Positions 53,270 through 64,000 of a stretch of DNA of 64,000 nt are shown piece by piece. Position numbers and translations under genes: made by a program. Origin of the DNA: Eledone cirrhosa (lineage: Eukaryota); the NCBI GenBank assembly GCA_964016885.1, contig OZ024756.1, positions 14,446,001 through 14,510,000 on the forward strand. The letters run 5' to 3'. The notes below the pieces were generated by a model, which was not told the DNA's origin, did no database searches, and saw only the letters and a program-made list of their open reading frames with translations. Position 1 is the stretch's first letter, and every line of letters begins with the position of its first letter.

Positions 53270-53742
53270 CAAAGTTTTTTTAATAAATATTGACATATCC
53301 AGGAACGAGATCTTAACGGTTCAAGTTTTTCCTGGATAGGAAATATCCTTTGCTTATATATATATATATATATATATACATACAGGTAAATTTTACTATT
53401 ACACCCGGTCCCGAGACAGGTGTAAAAGTAACAAAAAAGATTATAGGTTTAGTTAGAATTTTGAAGATTTGAGTTTTTTTTTGTTTTAAACGACAACGGC
53501 TTTCACAAGTGTTGTAAATTATTGGTTTGCAGTAGTTTCCTCATCCGTTAATTCCATAACACACGCCTCGGAAACAGATGGAATAATTTAAAAAACAACC
53601 TAGAATAATCCTCCCACAATACCAACCCACCTTTAATAGAAAAAAAACCAAAACAAACTCCAAGAACAGAGAATCAGAAATATATATATATATATAAATG
53701 AAAGGTATAGAAAACACTGCAGCGAAAAGCCAACAGCACTCC

Positions 53743-53782
<40 letters not shown>

Positions 53783-54057
53783 CATAATCGGAGAAAGCTA
53801 ATAGCGATACTCAGGCCAAATCCCAACTCACTCAACAAACATTAGGAAATACCTGAGTATATTCCCAATTAAACGTTCGGGGTGCGAACTGATTGTATTG
53901 TGTGGAAAATTGGCTGTATCATTTCATATGAGATATATCAAATATATCTCAAATATTATATATATATATATTACACATAGTAGCGTGGAAGATGGACGTT
54001 AAACGATGATTATATATATAGTAATAATAATTATGAAGACACAAATCAGAAGAGGGC

Positions 54058-54097
<40 letters not shown>

Positions 54098-54250
54098 TGT
54101 TTCAGAAGATCCTGGAATAGGGTGAAAGCAGCGATTCTTTGCTTAAACTTTAAACTGTACTACTACTACTACTAATAATAATATAAATATATATATTATT
54201 ATATACACATAAATGATAAAATTAAATATATAAATAGATATAAAGGATAC

Positions 54251-54413
54251 TTTTCGGACTGTTCCATACTATGTCCGTAATTATTGGCGTCTGTTCTGTA
54301 GAATTCCATTGTTTGGTCAATTGTATCGATAAATTATTGCTGTTTGGATCGATATTCTCTTTAAAGACGGGGATATCCCAGAGAATAACAGATTCGGCCG
54401 ACGATGCCAACAT
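54251..54413 (-). CDS. NEDD1: NEDD1 coding exon 1 (MLASSAESVILWDIP...TDIVWNSPK)
   Basis: ATG at 54413; 163 nt; ends at donor GTATCCTTT (U12-type). Confidence 0.85.
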
Positions 54414-54834
54414 AATTATTTCTTCTTCCTTAATATATTAGTTACAGTTGTTGTGTACTGGTTGGTGTTATCGTTACAGTTGAGTTGTGTACAGGTTGAT
54501 GTTATATAATACTTATTGAAGTTAATATATAGTTGTTGGTGTGTATCTCATGACGCCGATGGTGTTATATAGTTATTGTTGTTGAAGTTAATATAGAGTT
54601 ATTGATCTCGTTGTATCTTATATAGATATGTTATATTCATAGGCGTCGTAGTATGTATCTGTTATAATGTGGTTGAACAACTATTGGCTTTGTACAGACA
54701 AATTGTTATATGTTGAGTTGTATATATATACATACATACATACATATATATATGTGGTGTGTGTTATAATAGTGTTCAGTGTTGTTTAACGGTTACTGTG
54801 TCTATTATAATCGTTGTTGTTATTCTACTTACTG

Positions 54835-55060
54835 TTATTACTTGGCGGCAAGACTTGAGAACGGACTAACTCAGCCAAGTTGCTCTGCCGTCTCGAACCT
54901 ATCCACCCCCGCCCGATTTCGTACGGCGCGTGTCAGATTGATAGAGAAGTCCGGATATATAATTCCAAACATTCACACTGAGAGACAAGTGAAAATATTC
55001 GAAAAGTCAGACTGTCTCATTTAAATCTCGCGGTAGCGCCCTCTTACGACACATGTGACT
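54835..55060 (-). promoter_or_regulatory. Putative NEDD1 promoter/5' region
   Basis: CpG-enriched, non-repetitive patch 0.4-0.65 kb upstream of the ATG, with TTGGCGGC and TCTCGCGGTAGCGCCCTCT motifs. Confidence 0.35.
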
Positions 55061-55189
55061 GTCAAGGGAGATCACTATCACATATACACAAACACTAAGC
55101 ACTAAATCTGAAAAAGAAAGTGAGAGTCATCTCCCTTTAATTTGCTTCTTTCTCCCTCTCTATTTCTATCTCTGTGTGTGTAGACACCA

Positions 55190-56500
55190 ATCATGACAGA
55201 CTCTTTTACACCTCCTTCCCTCCTGACCCCTCTCGTCTTCTCTTTACCCTGGACATCACCTTTCTCTATACCGTCAACCCTCATGATGACGGCCTCCCCG
55301 CTCTCCGATACTTTTTAGATTTACGCGCTACCTCTTACCCCAGCACGACCACTCTCCTCCATTTGGCTGAGCTTGTTTTGACCCTCAATTGGTTTTCCTT
55401 TTCCGGTGAATTCTATCAGCAGGTCTCTGGGGGGTAGCGATGGGAACCAGAATGGGTCCAAACTATGCCAACTTGTTTGTTAGCTACGTCGAAGCCCAGA
55501 TCTTCTGCCAGTACGCTAGACCTACTCCTGAGCTATACGGTCGTTATATCGACGACTGTATCGGCGCCACCTCTCTATCACGAGAACAGCTCGACTAATT
55601 GCTATCTTTTGTTCAATATTTTCATCCTGCTCTCACCTTCACTACCTCCGTCTCCGATTCTTCTCTCCCCTTTCTAGATATCTCTCTATCTATATCACTC
55701 TCACCACACCCTCTCTACTTCCATCTTCTATAAACCGATTGACTCCCACTCTTAACTCGACTTCACCTCCTCCGATCCAACTCACACCAAACACTCCTTA
55801 TTCTACTCCCAATTCCTCCGTCTTCGTCGGCTCTATAACCAGGACCACGATTTCGAAACCCATTCCCTTCACATGGTCTCCCGCTTCATCCAGCGTGGAT
55901 ATCCCCCACCCTGATCCAAGCTGCTCTCATCCGCGCCCGTGAAACCGACCGTACCATATCCCTCTCACTTCACCAGCGCCCTCCCAACACCCACCTTCCT
56001 TTCCCTCTCACCCACCACCTCACTCACACTATCACCCTACCTCTCCGTTCCTTCCGCACCCTCTCTTCTGACCCCGTCACTTCTCGCTTTTTTCCTACCC
56101 CACCTATCACCGTATTTAAGCGCGCCCGTAACCTCCGCGACCCCGCTCTAACACTTATCCTTTCATTTCCAACCTCATCACTCTCATAGGCTCCAACAGT
56201 TCATTCCCTATCCGCCACTCCTTCACCCACGTTTGTCTATGCCCTCCGGTCTGCCCTTTGCGGGTCTTTATACATCGGACAAACAGGACGCTGTTTGGTG
56301 AACCATTTTGCTGAACATTTGAGGGATATACGACTCGGTTTGGATACTCCCGTCGACCGTCATTTCCGTTCTCCAGGTCACTCTTCCCTACATGTCTCAG
56401 TCCTGGGTGTCCTTTTACAACACGGATCACAGGCCTCGAGCACCATGACTGAACAGAGTCTGATTTACCGCCTCGGGTCCTGTTTCCCCTCAACTCCCCT
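55190..56500 (+). mobile_element. Decayed Penelope-like element (RT + GIY-YIG endonuclease)
   Basis: LLFTLDITFLYT, ELVLTLNWFSFSGEFYQQVSG, AMGTRMGPNYANLF, RYIDDC, LPFLDI; then LYIGQTGR.LVNHFAEHLRDIR...PVDRHF...EQSLIYRLG. Confidence 0.88.
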
Positions 56501-57119
56501 CCCCCCAATTTATTTAATATTACACATATACGTTCGTACTTACTTCTCTACCCTTTGCCCCGTCACGTTTACCCCGTCAGTTATCACACACATGCTTATA
56601 CATTCACCCCTAGATTCCTAAGGCTCTCTTATGGTCAGAAACATATGCTCGTACAGATGATACAGACCAACAAAATACGCATATACACCTCTACTTTTCC
56701 CTTCACACCTCTGTATACACACATACACTCCCTGTATACACACATACACTCCCTTATATTAACATACTTTTGCTGACAACGTCGTACTTACAAGCACACA
56801 CACACACTCTCTCTCTTTTACTTACATACACACACACATATCCTCTTAGCTTCGTACGGACGTATAACACACACACGCGCGCGCACACGTATAACTCTAT
56901 ATACAAAACGTTTTTTTTTTTTCCTATTTCAGGTAGACGCTCTCTATCATCCACTTTTCTAAAAAAAAAAGTATATCATACACAAACCACCAGCATCAAC
57001 AGTTTTCCAAGAGATGGCAACATGAATGGATCTGTTATTTTTTTTCTAACAACATTTTTCCGATTCCGCCCCGCCCGTCTTTTCAATCTTTCTAATTTCT
57101 CATTCTTTCTTCCGAAACG

Positions 57120-59010
57120 TTAAGACCTTCTTCCTGCTATTTCAAGCGTTAACCTAATATATTCCTTCCATATACTGTACCGCTTAACGCTATTGAAGGC
57201 GTTACGCATGTCCAGCTTCACTAGGAAGTGAGGTGATGTGTGCTCTATGAAGTGTTTGGCTGCATGAATTGCCACCTCACGTCCACAATTAATTCCCAAT
57301 CCAAGCTGGACAGGACTGAATACTTCGCCCAGGTTACCTTGGCTGCAAGTCGCCACCAGACGTTGCTCACTGCAATGAGCCGTATGTCGCCATCAGACGT
57401 TGCTCACTGCAATGAGCCGTATGTCGCCATCAGACGTTGCTCACTGCAATGAGTCGTATGTCGCCATCAGACGTTGCTCACTGCAATGAGCCGTATGTCG
57501 CCATCAGACGTTGCTCACTGCAATGAGTCGTATGTCGCCATCAGACGTTGCTCACTGCAATGAGCCGTATGCCGCCATCAGACGTTGCTCACTGCAATGA
57601 GCCGTATGTCGCCACCAGACGTTGCTCACTGCAATGAGTCGTATGTCGCCATCAGACGTTGCTCACTGCAATGAGCCGTATGTCGCCATCAGACGTTGCT
57701 CACTGCAATGAGCCGTATGCCGCCATCAGACGTTGCTCACTGCAATGAGCCGTATGTCGCCACCAGACGTTGCTCACTGCAATGAGCCGTATGTCGCCAC
57801 CAGACGTTGCTCACTGCAATGAGTCGTATGTCGCCATCAGACGTTGCTCACTGCAATGAGCCGTATGTCGCCATCAGACGTTGCTCACTGCAATGAGCCG
57901 TATGCCGCCATCAGACGTTGCTCACTGCAATGAGCCGTATGTCGCCACCAGACGTTGCTCACTGCAATGAGCCGTATGTCGCCACCAGACGTTGCTCACT
58001 GCAATGAGTCGTATGTCGCCATCAGACGTTGCTCACTGCAATGAGCCGTATGTCGCCATCAGACGTTGCTCACTGCAATGAGCCGTATGTCGCCACCAGA
58101 CGTTGCTCACTGCAATGAGCCGTATGTCGCCATCAGACGTTGCTCACTGCAATGAGCCGTATGCCGCCATCAGACGTTGCTCACTGCAATGAGCCGTATG
58201 TCGCCATCAGACGTTGCTCACTGCAATGAGCCGTATGTCGCCATCAGACGTTGCTCACTGCAATGAGCAGTATGTCGCCATCAGACGTTGGTCACTGCAA
58301 TGAGCCGTATGTCGCCATCAGACGTTGCTCACTGCAATGAGCCGTATGTCGCCATCAGACGTTGCTCACTGCAATGAGCCGTATGCCGCCATCAGACGTT
58401 GCTCACTGCAATGAGCCGTATGTCGCCATCAGACGTTGCTCACTGCAATGAGCCGTATGCCGCCATCAGACGTTGCTCACTGCAATGAGCCGTATGTCGC
58501 CATCAGACGTTGCTCACTGCAATGAGCCGTATGTCGCCATCAGACGTTGCTCACTGCAATGAGCCGTATGCCACCATCATTCTTTCTCAGCGTCGTCAAT
58601 TTGACTGAGAAGAGAAGAGAAGAGGTGACGTGCATGGTGAGGGGGCGTTGGCACGAAGAAGCCTGCTGGTGAGAGCGGTGAAGGATCGGCGCAGCCGTGT
58701 TCCCGCCTCATCAGAGTGTGGCGAAATTAGGTCTCTGCGATGGCCGAGTCCCAGGCCATCCACTCCACCACTGGTGTTCCCTGGGAAGGATCCCTGGGCT
58801 GCTGTCATATCCTCATCGGGAGCGGAAAAGGCAGCAACACTGCCAGGGATCTGAAAGTCCCCGATATCGGCCGGTGGGTCCTGGTGCTTGAGACGGAAAG
58901 CGGCCAGGACCTCTGGTGTGGGCTGGAGTACCGTGTTGCTCGAGGCCAGCCGCACGCACCACACATGAAACGTCGCCCTCGCTTAGTTTGCGCTTAACTC
59001 GGCCACGGAG
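57120..59010 (-). mobile_element. Decayed CRE/R2-type non-LTR retrotransposon interrupted by a VNTR
   Basis: SFPGNTSGGVDGL, LRKNDGGIRLIAVSNV, PVQLGLGINCGREVAIHA, LVKLDMRNAFNSVKR. Confidence 0.8.
57349..58577. repeat. 37-bp minisatellite, about 33 copies, inside an RT remnant
   Basis: Unit GTCGCCATCAGACGTTGCTCACTGCAATGAGCCGTAT. Confidence 0.96.
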
Positions 59011-59127
59011 CAGTTCTGCACTGTCGGAAATGGAAGGGGACTGCGTGCCTGGTATTGGTGTAGGTGTGCAATGTGGGAGAAACGAGGATTTGATTGGTGA
59101 GGAGTTTATTGAAATAGTAAGGGGAGT

Positions 59128-59158
<31 letters not shown>

Positions 59159-60192
59159 TGTTAGCTACTTTTATCGAAGTGAGGGAGGTGCTATTAAATT
59201 GGTGAGGGAAACACTTTGAGTGAGGTGGTGACGGAGTAATTTCTTGAGATGGCAAGGGAGGTAATTTCATTAACGTGATGAGGGGAGTACTTTAGTGAGA
59301 TAATAAGGGAGGTAATTTCATTAACGTGATGAGGGGCGTACTTTATTGAGATAGTAAGGGAGCTAATTTCATTAACGTAGTGAGGGGAGTACTGTATTGA
59401 GATAGTAAGGGGAGTAATTTTATTAAAGTGGTGTGAGGGGTGTCTTCTATTGAGGTGGTGAGGGGAATATGTATATTAATGTAGAGAGGAAGATACTTTT
59501 ATTAAGGGCAGTACTTTGAATTATTGCAGTGAGGGAGTTAAGTTTATTGAGGGAGGGGATGAGGGAGGTAAGTTATTGAGGGAGGAGTGAGGGAGGTAAG
59601 TTTATTGAGGGAGGGGATGAGGGAGGTAAGTTTATTGAAGGAGGGGTGAGGAGAAGTAGGTTTATTGAGGGGGGGGCTTATTGAGGGAGAGGCTGAGGGA
59701 GTTAGAATTATTGAAGGCGTTATAGGATTTTTGTTAACGTAGTAAGGGAGGTGCTATTAAATAAGGGGTAGAGTGTTACTTTAAATAAATAGTGAGGGCT
59801 GTACTTTTATATAGGTAGTGGGGGAGGTACTTATATTGAGGGAGCGAGAGAGGGACTTTTACTAAAGTGGTGGGGTGGGACTTTTATTAAGAGGGCAAGG
59901 GAGGGAGTGGGTAGAAACCTTTATTGAAGGGGTGAAGGAAGTACTGTTACTGGTGGAGGAGGTATTTTTATTTAGGGGACGAGGGAGGGACTTTTATTAA
60001 GGTGGTAGGTGGGTACTTTTATTGAAGGTGCTGGGAAAGGACTTTTATTAAGCGAGGTGAGAGGGAGTATTTCTTTGTTGACCCTAAAAGGCAAAGTGGT
60101 CCTCAGTGGGATTTCAATAGCGACCCCGAGCAAATACCGAAAACTCTAACGACCCTGCCAAATCGACCGCCTATAATAATGAATACGGACAT

Positions 60193-60259
<67 letters not shown>

Positions 60260-60367
60260 TGAGAGCTACATATGGTGGAGTCACGTGATCAGGTCAGCTG
60301 AACACCTGATATGATCACTGCAACTGCTAAATCTATTAGGTTCGAGTAAAGTATGAATGTGTGTTTA

Positions 60368-60413
<46 letters not shown>

Positions 60414-60705
60414 AAAGGATAACAAGGACGATATATATATATAGTAATAATAATAAATTTGAAGACTAAAATCCACTGAGGGCTCGATAAGGATAAATAT
60501 ATGTCAAATATATAAGAACCGTAGAGCAAATATTTATTAAAATAACAGATAAAAGTTTAAGCAAAGAATCGCTGCTTGCACCCTTAACGGTGAAAGCAGC
60601 GATTCTTTGCTTAAACTTTAATCTGTTATTTTAATAAATATATATATATATGTCCCAAGGCTCTGATACCATCAACACTATAAACACAGAGCTGGCATAT
60701 CTAAG

Positions 60706-60761
60706 ACTGCCTGATGAGGTCATAGCCATTCAATGGCTATCATCGAAATATATATAGCAGT
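60706..60761 (+). ncRNA. Type I hammerhead motif
   Basis: ACTGC-CTGATGA-GGTCATAGCCATT C AATGGCTATCATC-GAAA-TATATA-TA-GCAGT, then AATAAA. Confidence 0.83.
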
Positions 60762-60822
60762 AAATAAAGGATTATGAGTTCATGCAATTGATATGTTTCG
60801 TTCATGCAATTGATATGTTTCG

Positions 60823-60859
<37 letters not shown>

Positions 60860-61223
60860 TGGCTGCCAACTCGTTTTCGAGTACGGCCACTACTTTATAT
60901 CCATGTAGGAGAACCCCTACCGATGCGCTGAACGAGTGTGACTTTTTAGTCCAGCCAGCGACTTGAAAACTCTGGTACAAACACTACACTTGTGACAATT
61001 ATTGACACACAGTGCTGGGCCCATGGTGCCATGTGACGACAAGTGCAGAGCGATCTCCAGATATAAAGCAATGCCTGTGCCGTGATGCTTTTATAGTGAG
61101 CAAAGGCACTGCACAAAGCCAGTCCCACTCTCTTAACCAAGATGATATTTACCAAAAAGAAGAACAAGTCAACATCATTGGATACCATCAGGGTTGCAGG
61201 TGTTATATCTAAGTTTCCACTTG

Positions 61224-61303
<80 letters not shown>

Positions 61304-61511
61304 ATATATACAAGTGGAAACTTAGTAAAATCGAAGCTTTGGCTGTGGCCAAGCAAAGTCGACCTACAATAAGGAATGAGTAGCAAAGCACTCAATAAGG
61401 GTAGGTCCTTAGAGTAATAACATTACGTTTAAAAGCTTGACAAATTGGAAATTGCGGCAGGCAAAAAACAACCACACAATACCAAAACAACGAAAGAACT
61501 AATCAGGTTAA

Positions 61512-61559
<48 letters not shown>

Positions 61560-61955
61560 AAAGAAAGATGTTTATTGGCTGGCTCGCTGGTTAAATCACA
61601 CGAAAACTACACACGCACACACAAATACATACACACTCATCTAAAGAGAGAGATACAATTAAAGTGTTAGATATTCAGAGAGAGAGAGACGTCCCACAAA
61701 AGTGATGGTGGAGTTGGTGGGGTAGAGATAGTAGTGTGGGTGGGGGGAGGGGGTTAGAGATGGCGGTAGGGCGGTGTTGAGGTAGTGATGGCGGTGGTGG
61801 TGAGTAGTGATGGTAGTGTGGGGGGGGGGGGGGGTAGAGATGGTGGTAGGGTGGTGGTGGTGGATTGATGGGGGGTGGGGGTGGGGGTGGGAGGTGGTAG
61901 TGAGGCTCTGGTGGCGGTTGCTTGACGTAGCAATTGTTGTATGTGACGGTGGCGG

Positions 61956-61993
<38 letters not shown>

Positions 61994-63476
61994 TTACGAC
62001 GACGACCACTACTACTACTACGACGACCACTACCACTACGACCACAACCACTACCACCACTACTACTACTACCACCACCACTAACACCACCACCACTACC
62101 ACCACCACTACTACTTGAACAATTAGTAAATTAAGATATTAAGTATTTATTTCATGTCCGGCATCTATATGTGATGAAGACAAGATTGCGTTGTTGTTCC
62201 CAACCAATGGAGTCCAATATCCGGTTCCCAGTAATGCATTTATTCTTATTCATGCTTGTATATGCTCTTAACTGATGATGGTGTCGTAGGGACGCCATGT
62301 GGCGTGATATACAGCGTGTCTTGAACATTTACATCTGACAGGGCTTGCCCCTCTCCATGTCGTAACACAGGCGATTATTTTTTACCCAAATGAGATAAAG
62401 CCTGTCGTACCCCCAAAATGTATACACACTTTGATTAGAATAGTGTTGAAGTGTGTATACATTTTTTTGGGGACACCCATAGAAATATTTATTTAGTTTT
62501 GACAACGGCGTCGTCTGTACTCAATATTTTCTCTGCTTCCAAGGAATTTCTCTCACGAAGACGGAATAATTCTTCCAATATTGGTTCGTTTAATTCATTG
62601 AAATAATTAATTGCTTCTACTTTTGGCACAAGGCCAGCAATTATCCAGTGTATTACTGGTACTTTATTTTATCGACCCCGTAAGGATGAAAGGCAAAGTT
62701 AACCTTGGCAGGATTTGAACTCAGAATGGCAAGGGCCGTAACTCTATGCGTCAAAGCATGGCGTCCGACCCTCTACCGATACTGCCAATCCCCCATGTTG
62801 TCTCTTAATTCCAGAAACCGGGGCTGGGGATCGAATTATGGGTAAAACTTATTTTAGTCTGTCTAACTTATATCCTCCAAATCAAGGTTTTGGATTATGT
62901 TCAATATATTTGATCGCTTCTCTCAGTTGATAATTTATGTTTTCATTGAGATGACTTAAAATATTAGAGACAAATAATTGTTTCTACTTTAGGCACAAGG
63001 CCAGCAATTACCCAGTGCATTACTGGTACTTTATTTTATCGACCACGTAAGGATGAAAGGCAAAGTCAACCTCGGCGGGATTTGAACTCAGATCATAAAG
63101 GGACGTAACTATGCTGGAAAGCATGGCGTTCGACCCTCTACCGATACTGCCAATCTACCGATATATATATATGTGTGTGTGTGTGTGTGTACGCAAAAGG
63201 TAAACAGAAATAAAGCAAATGACACAGTACAATGAAGAAATATATTATTAATTTACGTTTGGTATAGTCCTTCAGACACACAAACACACGTACACATCCA
63301 TACACACACTCATGCACCCCCCCCACACACACACACATATATATATATTTTTGAGTTTATGTTGACTCCAGTTCCTCATTGAAATAACAACCCAACAAAG
63401 AACTGGGCATATCAGAGTATTGACAATATTATACACCTCAACAACATATGTACTTGTCTATACCATACTAATTCAA

Positions 63477-63531
63477 ACTGCCTGAAGAGGTCACAGCCAA
63501 AGATGGCTGTCACTGAAATATATATAGCAGT
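63477..63531 (+). ncRNA. Type I hammerhead motif (relative of 60706)
   Basis: ACTGC-CTGAAGA-GGTCACAGCCA AAGA TGGCTGTCACT-GAAA-TATATA-TA-GCAGT-AATAAA; compensatory stem II change relative to 60706. Confidence 0.83.
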
Positions 63532-63575
63532 AATAAACGAAGCTAAATTTTAATCATTTGACTTTTATTTAACTT

Positions 63576-63620
<45 letters not shown>

Positions 63621-64000
63621 TGTTTTGCAAGGTTTTTGATATGAAATCGTGTGTCGAAACAAATATTGTTATACTGAGGTGGGGTGGGGGAAGGGGGGGG
63701 GCATATTGTTGTAATATTGCCAGAAATAATAATGATTTCATTTATTGGCCACAAGGGCCGACATGTAGGGGACAATACAAAGACAGGGACAGTTAGGGGG
63801 GGGGGGTAACATATACAACCTGTAAACAATATAAGTAACAATAACAAAATAACAATAAAAATACAACAAGGAAAATTCCCCAATAGGGGGGGGGGGGATG
63901 AGCACCTAGGGTTCACTCAGGTACTCCACCAATCCTGAACGACCCGACGCTTCGAGAGCACCCGGGAAGGGCACCCCCTCACCCACCTACAGGCGCATGA

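Larger units (their letters stand above)
42535..54250 (-). other. U12-type (minor spliceosome) GT-AG intron, 11.7 kb
   Basis: 5' splice site GTATCCTTTA; branch site TCCTTGAC (42551-42558) with the A about 17 nt from the AG. Confidence 0.82.

Noticed and set aside
61659-62134. Poly-V/poly-T/poly-L ORFs
   Set aside because: (CTA/CCA)n trinucleotide low-complexity sequence.
62272-62305. CTGATGA followed by a hairpin (also CTGATGA at 6493, 19795, 38849)
   Set aside because: No correctly placed GAAA-stem III-UH.

Overview
Eukaryotic, AT-rich and repeat-dense DNA; the SINE and RTE families suggest an octopus or other coleoid cephalopod (inference). One host gene is supported: a minus-strand NEDD1/GCP-WD-like WD40 gene. 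Twelve phase-compatible coding exons (54413 to 3232, 1737 nt = 579 codons) were assembled by hand, and the 3' end lies left of the window. Its first coding intron is U12-type. Another intron is almost filled by a ~9.2 kb, 43-bp minisatellite whose units carry TACTAAC on the sense strand. Introns and flank hold RTE, Vingi-like and CRE-like LINE relics, a decayed Penelope-like element (RT + GIY-YIG), a Tc1/mariner relic, TTAA MITEs, a non-autonomous Helitron and two tRNA-SINE families. The main unannotated signal is about 17 type-I hammerhead-ribozyme motifs from roughly ten unrelated short element families. Most are next to (TA)n tracts, and many lie in asymmetric inverted repeats whose 3' ends face outward, which looks like a diverse non-autonomous Penelope/retrozyme-like system. 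All family assignments come from motif recognition only; no searches were run.
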